In this document: piece after piece, positions 17,121 to 26,658 of the stretch
Layout of the letters: the number at the start of each line of letters is the position of its first letter
Position numbering within the stretch: position 1 is the stretch's first letter
IMG/VR virus record: IMGVR_UViG_3300026493_000016
Location: 81,873-145,872 of that record
Direction: 5' to 3' (one strand)
Origin: a virus
DNA: 64,000 nucleotides
The notes under the pieces: model-generated
The model's input: only the letters and a program-made list of their open reading frames with translations
What the model was told of the DNA's origin: nothing
Database searches by the model: none
Position numbers and translations under genes: made by a program

Positions 17121-17485
17121 TAAATCTTCTCCTCCAGCTTGTCCATCTGTTTCTTAACTTCAACTAACTCGGACAGTGTTCGCATTTGTGTAGACATATT
17201 AAAGTTTGTTTTACGGGAGAACATATCTAATAAGATATCTATTTTTGTCTTACTATGTCTTTGCTCTAAGATGAATCTCGTCATATGTGCTTGATATCTA
17301 GGTTTCAAGTTGTCGAAATGGTCTTGTAGGTAATAAGCATATTCGTATAACTCGTTCTCTAAATCTTCTCGTACCGAAGACGGACAATCGAGCTGGTTAG
17401 GGGTTGCATTATCGAACCCCTCCTCACTCTCATGACAACAACTATCGAATGCTTGGAAGCAACAATACTTGTTATTGCACTTCAT
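17120..17485 (-). CDS. Hypothetical Cys-rich protein (start revised to MKCNNKYCC)
   Basis: GAGGAG SD before ATG at 17485. Confidence 0.65.
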   Translation of the reverse strand: MKCNNKYCCFQAFDSCCHESEEGFDNATPNQLDCPSSVREDLENELYEYAYYLQDHFDNLKPRYQAHMTRFILEQRHSKTKIDILLDMFSRKTNFNMSTQMRTLSELVEVKKQMDKLEEKI

Positions 17486-17747
17486 AGTTAGCAAACTCCT
17501 CGTTAATGATGTCTTGCAGTTGCTCTTCATCAACCTTACCATTAAACGCTAGAGAAGCAATCTCTTCTACGAACGCTTTTGTTGGTCCTGCAACAACTGT
17601 GTTGTTCTCCTTGATTGCAGACACGATTTCTTTCGATTTACGGAATGCTGCTACTTTACCAAACCCATAATCTCCGCCTTCTGCTAGGTTCGCCTCGATG
17701 CGCTCCTGTAATTGTTCTTGTGCCTCTTTTTTAGTTAATGTTTTCAT
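17472..17747 (-). CDS. Hypothetical protein
   Basis: GGAGG SD, 91 aa. Confidence 0.75.
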   Translation of the reverse strand: MKTLTKKEAQEQLQERIEANLAEGGDYGFGKVAAFRKSKEIVSAIKENNTVVAGPTKAFVEEIASLAFNGKVDEEQLQDIINEEFANYEVQ

Positions 17748-17777
17748 ATTGTAAACCCTCCATTTTTTTATTTGTTA

Positions 17778-18056
17778 TTATTTTACTAGTAATTCTGCTA
17801 ACTCGTCTAACTCTTCTGGGTGGAATTTAATTGAACGCTTAAGTTCAGTTCCGATAACTTCGTCAGCATCTGCATCTTTTGGAACTTCAATCAAAATAAC
17901 CGTAGGTACAGAAGCTAATTCGTAATGCGCTGCTACTTCTGGTCGTTCCTCTACATGTACTGCTGTGTGTGCAACTTCTAGTTCATTCTCTAGGTAATTA
18001 CCTACTGCTTGACATGGTGCGCAAGGTGTTGTGTATAACTTAACTAGCTTCTTCAT
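17778..18056 (-). CDS. Thioredoxin-like protein
   Basis: CAPC active site, SVPT cis-Pro motif. Confidence 0.9.
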   Translation of the reverse strand: MKKLVKLYTTPCAPCQAVGNYLENELEVAHTAVHVEERPEVAAHYELASVPTVILIEVPKDADADEVIGTELKRSIKFHPEELDELAELLVK

Positions 18057-18458
18057 TTACTTTACCTCCAGATATTTTTTGAATTGATTAACTAGAATGT
18101 CATGTTTATAGACTTTAAATTCGGCTGTTTTGAATCCGGCTTTACGTACTGCATCTACACGATAGTGACGTGACTCTTCTAGATACAGCGTGTTAATTGC
18201 ATCTACAAGTTTGTCCACTTCTTCTTTCACTTTATTAGCTAGTTTCTTTTCTTGTAGGGCTACATGTAAACGTCGTAGAATCTCTTCTGTCTTTATGATT
18301 ACATCCTTCGTCTCGTTTACCGTATCTTTAGTTAGTACATCGTTAAGAATAGCTGTCATTAAGATTTCGTCTTCCATAGGGAAAGCACCTGCTTTATCAC
18401 CTACTACAATTTTCATTACGCGTTCTGCTTCTTCTTGTGTAAATTTATGTTCTGTCAT
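18057..18458 (-). CDS. Hypothetical protein
   Basis: 133-aa ORF, coupled. Confidence 0.75.
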   Translation of the reverse strand: MTEHKFTQEEAERVMKIVVGDKAGAFPMEDEILMTAILNDVLTKDTVNETKDVIIKTEEILRRLHVALQEKKLANKVKEEVDKLVDAINTLYLEESRHYRVDAVRKAGFKTAEFKVYKHDILVNQFKKYLEVK

Positions 18459-18684
18459 ATTCTGGTCTCCCCTTCATAATGTTTTCGTAGTCTTCGTCTG
18501 TATCATTTGCGTAATTAATCTTTAAATCGTCATCCCATTCAAACTCAGGTGACTCTTCATGAGAACTAATTTTAACACTAAAATCTGAACGTTGAATCGT
18601 TCTCTTAATCTCGTGTTCCACTTGTTCTGCACTAAAACCTTCGTAATCTGTAACGTACATCAAAATCTTGTGTAATTTAGCCAT
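18445..18684 (-). CDS. Hypothetical protein
   Basis: 79-aa ORF, strong SD. Confidence 0.75.
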   Translation of the reverse strand: MAKLHKILMYVTDYEGFSAEQVEHEIKRTIQRSDFSVKISSHEESPEFEWDDDLKINYANDTDEDYENIMKGRPEYDRT

Positions 18685-19129
18685 TGCCCTCCCCTTTCTT
18701 AAAAGCTTCTCTTGCTAGATAAGCAAAGTTATCAATCTCTTTTTGTCTAGGGTACCCTTCAAACTTAAACCTAGTAACAATGTTGTACTTACATAACATT
18801 CGGTAAAAGTAATCTTGAGCTCCGCAGTAATGTAGATACTCGCTTCTCCCACTACCAAAAAGTATAACACGTTTTCCTTTCAAAGTCAATAGGTTTTTTC
18901 GATATTTTTCTAGAAACTTAGGAAAGTCTGGTTTTAGTTGATAAGATGGATAGTAAGATGGTGTACCTAAGAATACGATATCAGAGTCGTCTATCGCTTT
19001 CTGGATGTCTTCCGGATTAGAGTGGTTACCTGTCATATCATAGATGTAGGTAAACTCTTCTTCTCTCATACTAGCTAATATTCCTACTGTATTACCTTTG
19101 AGAGAATAGTAGAGAAGTGTGGACTTCAT
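18677..19129 (-). CDS. Flavodoxin (RNR-associated)
   Basis: YSLKGNT FMN loop, LGTPSY, LFGSG..EY..YCGA. Confidence 0.9.
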   Translation of the reverse strand: MKSTLLYYSLKGNTVGILASMREEEFTYIYDMTGNHSNPEDIQKAIDDSDIVFLGTPSYYPSYQLKPDFPKFLEKYRKNLLTLKGKRVILFGSGRSEYLHYCGAQDYFYRMLCKYNIVTRFKFEGYPRQKEIDNFAYLAREAFKKGEGNG

Positions 19130-20238
19130 TAGAAGTCCATCTCTTCCTCTTCTGACTTATGTTTGTATCCGATAGCGTTACCCTGTAGGAAATCGACCTT
19201 AGACGCAATCTCGTTACTGCCAGACATCTTAGAACCGTACGTTACAATCCATTTAGCTCGTAACTCACCATTGTCTGGGAATGGCTCCTGCATACCTGCA
19301 TTGCGGCAAATTAAGTTTGCTAGATACTCAGCGTAGTTATGGTACTCATCGATTGACATTGTATCGATGTCTTTATATAACCATTCTGTCCAATCCTTCT
19401 CTAACTCTACTGCTGTTTGAATGAACGACAACGCCCAATCCATATTCTCTTTTGTGTTTAAAAATTGGTTTTCTTTAATCAAGATTTGAATGATGAAACC
19501 GAATACTTCGCTATGTTGGTTTTCATCAGCTTTAATTAAGTTAATCATATTGTTCGACTCAATCATCTTATTATCTCGAGCTAATGAATGGAAGTACACG
19601 AATCCACCAGAGAAGTATAATCCCTCTAGAATCTGGTAAGCTACTAATCCTTTAAAGATACGTAGGATTTCCTCTTCTGTGAATGTGATAGGCTCATTCT
19701 TTGCTAGTTTCTCGCGGAACAGGTCACACATGTCTTCTAGTTGTTTAATGATGTGATTGTTACGTTTAGCTAACAATGGTAGCTCCTGTACCTTTGCAAA
19801 ATATTCTTGTTTCCTTTCGAAGTTAATAACCGAACTCGTCATATGTTCGTATGAAATATTATGTGTCGTTTCAAACGATGCAATTAACGTTAATACGGAA
19901 CGTAAAGCTGGGTCAGATGTTGTCATGAATAACATCGTTACGATATCACTAGCCATCGAGTCTAACCAGTTAAGCATGCCTGATACGCGCTCATATACGA
20001 CTCTCTCATCTTCTGTTAATACTAGTTTGTACTGCTCGATATCTTTACCCATACGAACTTCTTCTGGAATCCAATACTCACCATATAGCGCTTTCTGGAA
20101 GTCCATCCACTTGTCTACTAACTGGTCGTCCCAATTTCGAATACCATTCGCTACGCCGCCAAAGATACGTGTAGCTCGGTTAGGTGCTGATGGGTTGTAT
20201 AATCTAAATGGTTTTTCTTCTGTTACAGTGTTGAACAT
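19129..20238 (-). CDS. nrdB: Class I ribonucleotide reductase beta subunit
   Basis: W.PEEV, LDS, ETTH..SY (radical Tyr), LEGLYF, DENQH; all metal ligands present. Confidence 0.95.
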   Translation of the reverse strand: MFNTVTEEKPFRLYNPSAPNRATRIFGGVANGIRNWDDQLVDKWMDFQKALYGEYWIPEEVRMGKDIEQYKLVLTEDERVVYERVSGMLNWLDSMASDIVTMLFMTTSDPALRSVLTLIASFETTHNISYEHMTSSVINFERKQEYFAKVQELPLLAKRNNHIIKQLEDMCDLFREKLAKNEPITFTEEEILRIFKGLVAYQILEGLYFSGGFVYFHSLARDNKMIESNNMINLIKADENQHSEVFGFIIQILIKENQFLNTKENMDWALSFIQTAVELEKDWTEWLYKDIDTMSIDEYHNYAEYLANLICRNAGMQEPFPDNGELRAKWIVTYGSKMSGSNEIASKVDFLQGNAIGYKHKSEEEEMDF

Positions 20239-20249
20239 TAAATCGTCTC

Positions 20250-20555
20250 CTATTCTCTGTTGAATTTATATAAGAAATCACTAACTTCCGAGTACACTTC
20301 ATTGTCATCACAGTGAGAATCACCCATGACTGTATGTGCATCGTCTAGTAAGCTATACATTGTATTAATCTTCTCTTGCAGCTTCTCCTCTTTATCTTGT
20401 AATTCTTCAATACGATGAAGAACAGATAGAATGAACTTACTCCCTGTCTCTTCTGACCATTTCTCTCCATGGCGTAGTACACTTAACTGTCCTGTTCCTT
20501 CGTTAAAACGAATCGTATACTTACCATTTTCTAAATCTACCTTTCTGATAGACAT
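20250..20555 (-). CDS. Hypothetical protein
   Basis: GKYT...LRHGEKW domain plus coiled coil; strong SD. Confidence 0.8.
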   Translation of the reverse strand: MSIRKVDLENGKYTIRFNEGTGQLSVLRHGEKWSEETGSKFILSVLHRIEELQDKEEKLQEKINTMYSLLDDAHTVMGDSHCDDNEVYSEVSDFLYKFNRE

Positions 20556-20574
20556 ATACTCTCCTCCTTAAAAT

Positions 20575-20610
20575 AAAAAATAGGTACCATAGCTTTCGCT
20601 ACAATACCTA
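20575..20610 (-). terminator. Intrinsic terminator between nrdA and nrdB
   Basis: TAGGTATTGTAGC-GAAA-GCTATGGTACCTA plus TTTTTT. Confidence 0.8.
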
Positions 20611-20638
20611 ATATACACTATATCTTATTATTTGTCAA
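20610..20638 (-). promoter_or_regulatory. Sigma-A type promoter
   Basis: TTGACA-17bp-TATATT. Confidence 0.8.
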
Positions 20639-20969
20639 CACTTTCTTTTTCTAAACTAGTAATATTTTCGAACGTTACTATTTCTCTATCCATTTCTTCG
20701 AAATTCTTACACATATACATATACTTGCCTTCACCTTTATCCATGTCTACGTATAACGTTGCCGAGTAATAATACGTAGGGTCTCCTTGCACCATATCAA
20801 CCATGGCATGATAAAATCCGTTAAGGTCAAATATCGCTAAAGTAGAACCATTAGTATACTCCAGCTTGTAACCTCGTTGAACATATTCGTTAATAATCTC
20901 GATGATAGATTTATACATACTACCACTCCCTTCTCTTATAATATAGCGAAAGAGTGGACCTAAATCCAC
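20628..20969 (-). CDS. Hypothetical protein (start may be 20918)
   Basis: ORF track; GGGAG SD before internal MYKSII. Confidence 0.65.
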   Translation of the reverse strand: MDLGPLFRYIIREGSGSMYKSIIEIINEYVQRGYKLEYTNGSTLAIFDLNGFYHAMVDMVQGDPTYYYSATLYVDMDKGEGKYMYMCKNFEEMDREIVTFENITSLEKESVDK

Positions 20970-20975
20970 TCCATA

Positions 20976-23330
20976 TTATCCCTGACACATTGGGCAGTCA
21001 GCTGGTTTTTCTCTATCTTCTGTGTGAGTATAATAGACTGTTTTCATACCTAATTTCCATGACATTAAATCTAATCGTCGTAACTCAGAAGGTGGTGTGT
21101 TCTCACTGATGTGCATATTATGTGAAATAGCTTGGTCTACGTATTTCTGTGCTGTCGCAATATGCTTTAACGCCCAACCCTCATCCATATCGAAACCGGA
21201 TTTGTATAACCATTTTGTTTTATTATTATAGTTTGGAGGGGCTACTAGAACAGTGATACCTGACTTAACCTCTGTGTAAAGTACATCGTATAATGGGTCT
21301 TCAGCAGGTGAGCCGTTCATAATAATACTATTAGTAGCTGTTGGTGCTGTCGCTTTAACATAACCGAATCTAAACGCAGTAGCTGCCATCTTACGATACT
21401 CAGTCCACTCTGGACCTGTGAATCCTCGTTTGTCGAAGAACGCGCCTGTCTGCCAGTCAGAGCCCTCATATAGTGGGTATGAACCTTTCTCTAATGCAAT
21501 CTTGTACGATGCTTTAATAATTGCTTTTAGGTAGCGTTTATGGAAACGTTCGATTTCATCTGAAGCCTTATCCGATTCCCATGGGATACCTTTGTTTGTT
21601 AAATGTGTTACTGTACCTAGTACACCTGCACCAACTGCATTATATTTCGTGTTGGTAATACGTGCCTGACCAACTGAAAGCCTTCCTTGTGCGATTACAT
21701 TGTCTAACATTCGCATTTGAATTTCTGTTAGGTCTTCATACTCTTCATCACTTAAGTCTGCTACATTATGCATAACTTGAGATGATAGATTACAAGTAAC
21801 TAAATCACCTGCTTCAACCTTATAGACTACTTGTCCTAACTCGTTATCGTCATTCTCGATTAACTTATCATAAGACATATTCATTACAATCTCTGTACAT
21901 AAGTTAGAACCTAACGGCATCCCTGCATGTGGGTTAGTGTTCATACGAGCGCTTGTATCGCTGTAATACATATAAGGAGTACCTGTAGTCATACGAGATG
22001 AACGAATCTTCTTGTATACTTGTCGGATATCTAGAACTTCCTTAATCTCTAAATCTTTTAATTTCTCTGCTTTACGATACCAGTATGTGAATGCGTGGTC
22101 ATGAATATTAGGTTCTTCGCCATCTTGCAGCAACTTTTTATCGTACTGTAAGTTAAGGTCTACACCTAAGCGTTGGCGTACTTCACGTGGGTCGAATAAT
22201 GTTACTGGTTGTACTTTATCTAAGCGACGCATAAACTCATCAGGAATACATAAACCTGTTGTAATCGATTGTGCTCGCTTCTCCTGTGTACCAGTTTTTA
22301 ATCGTAACTCTAGGAATTCCATTACGTCTGCATGCCAGATTGGTAGATAAAGAGCAATACCTGCTTTACGTGTACCTGTCTGGTCAACATACTCTGCTAA
22401 TCGAGATAACATTCCAGCTGGATGTACAATACCATTATTAGCAACTTTGACACCACGGATACGAGCGCCACGAGCTCGGAGGAATCCACCGTATACTCCT
22501 AGACCAGAACCATTCTTAGAGAATAGCGCCACTTGTTTTAATACATCGAAGATGTTATCTAAATCGTCGTCCATTGTTACGATGTGACAAGATGATAATG
22601 AACCATGTGGTCGTCCAGAATTCTTTAACGTAGGCGTAGCTTGTCCAATTAAATGATTAGCTAATGCTAGATAACCTTTTAATACCCGTTCCATACGTTT
22701 CTCTTTTGGCTCTAATCGCATCAAGTATAATACTGATGTTAACAGTCGTTCCTGTGGTAACTCTACTAGGTTTCTATCTTTGTTGTGCACTAAGTAAGTA
22801 GCTGTTAGTGCGGATAGACCAGCATAACTAAAGTTAACATCTTTTGCTGGGTCAATCATTTCACCAGCTTCCTCTAATTCATCACGTGTATAGTCTTCTA
22901 GTAATGAAGAATCATATAATCCGCGTTCGACCATCGCTAGTACATGTGAAGCGTAGTCGCCATAACCTTCGCGATAATCAAACCCCCGTAATTTAGATAC
23001 ACCTTTATACTTAGCTCGTAAGTCTACTGCTGCTACAAAGTTTAATAAAGGTAGATTATCTTTCGTTACACGAGATTGTGTCTCTCGGATTAGGTAACTA
23101 AATAATCTGTCTGCCTCAACTGTACTTTTTGCTTTAATGAACGAAATGACCGCGTCCGTAATTTCTTGCAACTCAGCGCTATCAATCTTCTCTAAGTCTT
23201 TTGTAACTTCGATGATACTATCTACAAAGTTTACGAAACGTTGTTCATCAAACTCTTTGCTCTGGATGTACGTCCCTCGATTCTTTGTAATCATTGTTAC
23301 CTTCTTTTCTGTCTGCTTTAATGTGTCCAT
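20976..23330 (-). CDS. nrdA: Class I ribonucleotide reductase alpha subunit
   Basis: ATPT, LSSC, SNLCTEI, TCNLSS, APTATNS, VYY tyrosine pair, C-terminal CPMC; degenerate N-terminal ATP cone. Confidence 0.96.
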   Translation of the reverse strand: MDTLKQTEKKVTMITKNRGTYIQSKEFDEQRFVNFVDSIIEVTKDLEKIDSAELQEITDAVISFIKAKSTVEADRLFSYLIRETQSRVTKDNLPLLNFVAAVDLRAKYKGVSKLRGFDYREGYGDYASHVLAMVERGLYDSSLLEDYTRDELEEAGEMIDPAKDVNFSYAGLSALTATYLVHNKDRNLVELPQERLLTSVLYLMRLEPKEKRMERVLKGYLALANHLIGQATPTLKNSGRPHGSLSSCHIVTMDDDLDNIFDVLKQVALFSKNGSGLGVYGGFLRARGARIRGVKVANNGIVHPAGMLSRLAEYVDQTGTRKAGIALYLPIWHADVMEFLELRLKTGTQEKRAQSITTGLCIPDEFMRRLDKVQPVTLFDPREVRQRLGVDLNLQYDKKLLQDGEEPNIHDHAFTYWYRKAEKLKDLEIKEVLDIRQVYKKIRSSRMTTGTPYMYYSDTSARMNTNPHAGMPLGSNLCTEIVMNMSYDKLIENDDNELGQVVYKVEAGDLVTCNLSSQVMHNVADLSDEEYEDLTEIQMRMLDNVIAQGRLSVGQARITNTKYNAVGAGVLGTVTHLTNKGIPWESDKASDEIERFHKRYLKAIIKASYKIALEKGSYPLYEGSDWQTGAFFDKRGFTGPEWTEYRKMAATAFRFGYVKATAPTATNSIIMNGSPAEDPLYDVLYTEVKSGITVLVAPPNYNNKTKWLYKSGFDMDEGWALKHIATAQKYVDQAISHNMHISENTPPSELRRLDLMSWKLGMKTVYYTHTEDREKPADCPMCQG

Positions 23331-23362
23331 GCAATCTCTCCTTTTATTTTTGTCTAGACTTA

Positions 23363-23372
23363 TAATATATCA
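23363..23372 (-). promoter_or_regulatory. Possible -10-only promoter of nrdA
   Basis: TGATATATTA. Confidence 0.4.
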
Positions 23373-23564
23373 GATTAACTTCCATGCGTCAAGTGATATT
23401 TTCTCCGACCACCCACACTTTTCTGGTTTTCTTTTAACGAATACTGAAAGGATTGAACCGTCTGGGTTAAACTCAACTTCAAACTTCTCAATTCCTTGGT
23501 TTTTAATCTTTTGTTTGTTAATCATTACTCCTAGAATAGGTTCTTCGATAACACTTCCCATCAT
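23370..23564 (-). CDS. Hypothetical protein
   Basis: 64-aa ORF. Confidence 0.65.
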   Translation of the reverse strand: MMGSVIEEPILGVMINKQKIKNQGIEKFEVEFNPDGSILSVFVKRKPEKCGWSEKISLDAWKLI

Positions 23565-23788
23565 AACACCCCCCTTACTAAATCATCCATGTCTTTCTGG
23601 ATTGCATCGATAAGCTTTGTATCATACACATGAGAGTGTACAGCTTGCATTACAAGTGTCACTAACTCTAGTCCCTTGTGTTCGTTCAATCCGATGTTCT
23701 GGATTACTTGAACCTTTCTATCCATTGACAAGTGCTTGTCTAGTACGGCTACCACTTTTTCAGCTAATACATTATTGTTTGACATCAT
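23561..23788 (-). CDS. Hypothetical protein
   Basis: 75-aa ORF. Confidence 0.7.
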   Translation of the reverse strand: MMSNNNVLAEKVVAVLDKHLSMDRKVQVIQNIGLNEHKGLELVTLVMQAVHSHVYDTKLIDAIQKDMDDLVRGVL

Positions 23789-23801
23789 AATCCCCCTACT
23801 A

Positions 23802-24365
23802 CTATTTGTTTAGTATATCCCAGTCTACACCTCTATAGTAATCCCAGATGACATTCTTGTCAAACGATGTGAACCCTTCTAAAGTTGTCATGAGTGTATC
23901 AAATTGATTTTCTTCTTCTCGAATATCGTCGAACTTGATAAGTTGTCGTGATACAGGGAATTTACCAGCTAACTCATTATACACTTCTTCAATGTATGGG
24001 AGTACTACGTAAATACTATCACGATTCTTAGACCACATTAAACATGGGACTAATCCTATATCCGCACAACGTCGAGCATCAGTTACAACTTGTTCCCAAT
24101 AGCTCTTAATCTTACCAGAGCTCATGAATACGTTTTTAACTTCTACACCTTCCTGTTTCTTTGCTTCATGAACAAACACGTTCTTAGAGCCTACAGGGAA
24201 TGTAATGTCACCATTCATACGCATGTCAGAACCGAATCGGAATCCACCTGCACCGGACTGTGGTACACGTTGCACATTCTCACCAGACCATGCTGTAAGT
24301 TCTTTTGCTAACTTAAGCTCAAAACCTGAGCCTTTGTTTCTTGCGCCTCTACCTTGACTAGCCAT
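23802..24365 (-). CDS. Holliday junction resolvase (Hjc-like PD-(D/E)xK)
   Basis: KGSGFEL.LA, GDI, EAK motifs. Confidence 0.85.
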   Translation of the reverse strand: MASQGRGARNKGSGFELKLAKELTAWSGENVQRVPQSGAGGFRFGSDMRMNGDITFPVGSKNVFVHEAKKQEGVEVKNVFMSSGKIKSYWEQVVTDARRCADIGLVPCLMWSKNRDSIYVVLPYIEEVYNELAGKFPVSRQLIKFDDIREEENQFDTLMTTLEGFTSFDKNVIWDYYRGVDWDILNK

Positions 24366-24742
24366 TACTTAACCCACTCCTCTAATGATGCTTTGTACTC
24401 TTCCTTACCTTGCTTGATTATCTCCATATTTCGGTTATGAATAAACTTACCTAGCAGTTCATGTAGCTCAATTACTTGGTCCTCAGACAGGTTAATATAG
24501 CAATCTTCATCACCATCAACAAAATTACTCTGATGTATATGCAGACCTAACCACTTCTTGTCTACGTAATCTTCTTCTGTAACATCTAGTTTGATTCTCT
24601 GGTCTTCCTCATCATGCATAGTAGCTCTAATATCAAACACCATGTCATGTACTTCTATATATGATTGGCAATCCTCACAGTGATAACACTGGAAATAACC
24701 ATCTTCTACAGCGTTCGTGTGTTTGCATTTAATATCTCTCAT
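24365..24742 (-). CDS. Hypothetical protein with N-terminal Cys/His cluster
   Basis: CKH...CYHCEDC; AGGAGG SD. Confidence 0.75.
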   Translation of the reverse strand: MRDIKCKHTNAVEDGYFQCYHCEDCQSYIEVHDMVFDIRATMHDEEDQRIKLDVTEEDYVDKKWLGLHIHQSNFVDGDEDCYINLSEDQVIELHELLGKFIHNRNMEIIKQGKEEYKASLEEWVK

Positions 24743-24769
24743 TATACACCTCCTAAAAGGAAGAGAGGC

Positions 24770-25210
24770 TTACGCCCCTGCTGTTTCCGATTGTTGTTTA
24801 ATAATTTCTTCTGCTTGTGCTTTTGTCAACTCAGCAACTTTCTTATCATGAGCTTCAGCTACTTCATCAAACATCTCTTGTGTAGCACCTAATTTAATAG
24901 CTACCTCTTCTAGTACGTGAACAGTTCGCATTGTACGAGTTAATTGCTGTTCAAACTCCCCTAAGATTTGAGAGAATGCAAATCTAGCTAAGATAGTAGC
25001 ATCTGCAATTGTTGCTGATGAGTTAGCAAATACAGGAATGAACCCTTCGTGCTCTTCTACTTGTACTTCTCCAGTCGAGATGTAATCTAAATAGATTTTA
25101 AGCTCCTCAGGTGTAGCTGAACCCTTTGATAATAATTCTTTAATCGCTGCTACCTCTTCAGTTAATTGTGCTTTTGTAAGTGCTTTTAAATTTTTAGTCA
25201 TATTATTCAT
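24770..25210 (-). CDS. Conserved herellevirus hypothetical protein
   Basis: Helical ORF between dUTPase and resolvase. Confidence 0.75.
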   Translation of the reverse strand: MNNMTKNLKALTKAQLTEEVAAIKELLSKGSATPEELKIYLDYISTGEVQVEEHEGFIPVFANSSATIADATILARFAFSQILGEFEQQLTRTMRTVHVLEEVAIKLGATQEMFDEVAEAHDKKVAELTKAQAEEIIKQQSETAGA

Positions 25211-25520
25211 TCTCCATTTCTATATGTTTTAGTGTTTTGTAAAATTCTGGTTCGTAGTCTTCGAATGATTCTAAAAGATATCGTCTCACTTCATCCGGCA
25301 TATTAAGGAAGAATATACGTAACCTAGCTTCCATCATGGATTGTACGGAGTCTATATGTTGAATTACCCCTTCTAGTGAATCTACAATTGCGTCTCCTAC
25401 ATCGGTTACACTTACATTCATATTCGCATACTGTTTTTGCAGCTGCAACATAGTATGACCATCGTTGTTTAACTTAGCCTCTATCATCCCATCAATGTAA
25501 TCTGTAATTCGATTTTGCAT
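25203..25520 (-). CDS. Conserved herellevirus hypothetical protein
   Basis: Helical ORF, coupled. Confidence 0.75.
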   Translation of the reverse strand: MQNRITDYIDGMIEAKLNNDGHTMLQLQKQYANMNVSVTDVGDAIVDSLEGVIQHIDSVQSMMEARLRIFFLNMPDEVRRYLLESFEDYEPEFYKTLKHIEMENE

Positions 25521-26329
25521 TACTTCACTCCCGTTCCTCCATATTTTTTATCACCGCGAGCTGTCTCTGACAATCCTTCTTTAGTAATTTCTTCATACTT
25601 AGCTCGAACGATTTCTTGGAAGTGAATCTGCGCGATACGTTCTCCTTTTTCTACCATAACAGTTCCAACAGGGAATAGGTCGTAGAATAGACGTTGTTTT
25701 GCAGATGGTTTAGGTGCCACACGGTCTACCCATGTCGCCGCATCTTTCATATTTAATTGTTCACCATTGTTTAGTAAATGTTGGATTCTAGAAATATTAC
25801 CTTCTCCGAACTCTCCTGTTTTACTACGTTCTAGCCAAGCGTTCATCTCTTTCTTGAAATCTTCCATACTCTCTGGTTTACCATACACTAAGAATTCACT
25901 CTCTTCTTCGAAGAATTCACGAGCTTGTGTGATTAAATCCTCTGGAATATTTGTATAAGGAACTCGGTTACCTGATGTATCGAATACAAAGTCTACTAAG
26001 CTACTCCCTACGAATGTGTTTCGTAGTAACACTCCAATTGTACCTCGATAACTAGCTTCGATAATACCTGTTGAGTTGGCTAAAATTAATGGAGTTTTAT
26101 AACCCATTCCACTACGTGTGTTCAACTTTAGTCCATATTTAGCATCGAACTCAGTCGTGATATTCGTCGGAACTAGAATTGATTTGAATGTAGCTGGTGG
26201 TACTAAACGTCCTTCAGCTGCGTACACATCATCACAGAAGTCATCCCCATGCGCATTCTTAGGAATTTTAGCTCCGTCCCCTAGTACAACTTTAACTGGT
26301 AATTCCGATACTTTTAATTCGTCTGCCAT
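25520..26329 (-). CDS. dut: Trimeric-type dUTPase with large insertion
   Basis: RSG (II), GIIEASYRG (III), GERIAQ (IV), RGDKKYGGTG (V). Confidence 0.85.
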   Translation of the reverse strand: MADELKVSELPVKVVLGDGAKIPKNAHGDDFCDDVYAAEGRLVPPATFKSILVPTNITTEFDAKYGLKLNTRSGMGYKTPLILANSTGIIEASYRGTIGVLLRNTFVGSSLVDFVFDTSGNRVPYTNIPEDLITQAREFFEEESEFLVYGKPESMEDFKKEMNAWLERSKTGEFGEGNISRIQHLLNNGEQLNMKDAATWVDRVAPKPSAKQRLFYDLFPVGTVMVEKGERIAQIHFQEIVRAKYEEITKEGLSETARGDKKYGGTGVK

Positions 26330-26361
26330 AATTATCTCCTCCTTGTTTTGTCTACTATTAA

Positions 26362-26390
26362 ACTATAACATATACAGTATACTTTGTCAA
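26362..26390 (-). promoter_or_regulatory. Sigma-A type promoter
   Basis: TTGACA-17bp-TATAGT with TG. Confidence 0.85.
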
Positions 26391-26398
26391 CAACTTTT

Positions 26399-26647
26399 TT
26401 AAGGTAATGGTTTCCAGTTATATACACCATATTTGAAGACTGCATCCTGTCCATATTTATCAATAGTTTCTGTGGTATCATCGTAGAAATCTGCTGCCGT
26501 ACAATTTGCTAGATACTTTAAATCTTCTGGTGAAAATAAGTCATCGATTGCAACACAGTAATGACTTGCAGCTTTACATATAAATAGTTTAGCAGCATAT
26601 TCATCCGGATAGTCTTTTTTAATTTGTTCTATCTTCATATAACCCAT
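26399..26647 (-). CDS. Hypothetical protein
   Basis: 82-aa ORF, AGGAGG SD. Confidence 0.75.
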   Translation of the reverse strand: MGYMKIEQIKKDYPDEYAAKLFICKAASHYCVAIDDLFSPEDLKYLANCTAADFYDDTTETIDKYGQDAVFKYGVYNWKPLP

Positions 26648-26658
26648 CTTATCTCCTC

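Noticed and set aside
19129-20238. Metal-free class Ie or Tyr-less class Ic RNR beta
   Set aside because: All canonical metal ligands and the radical tyrosine are present.
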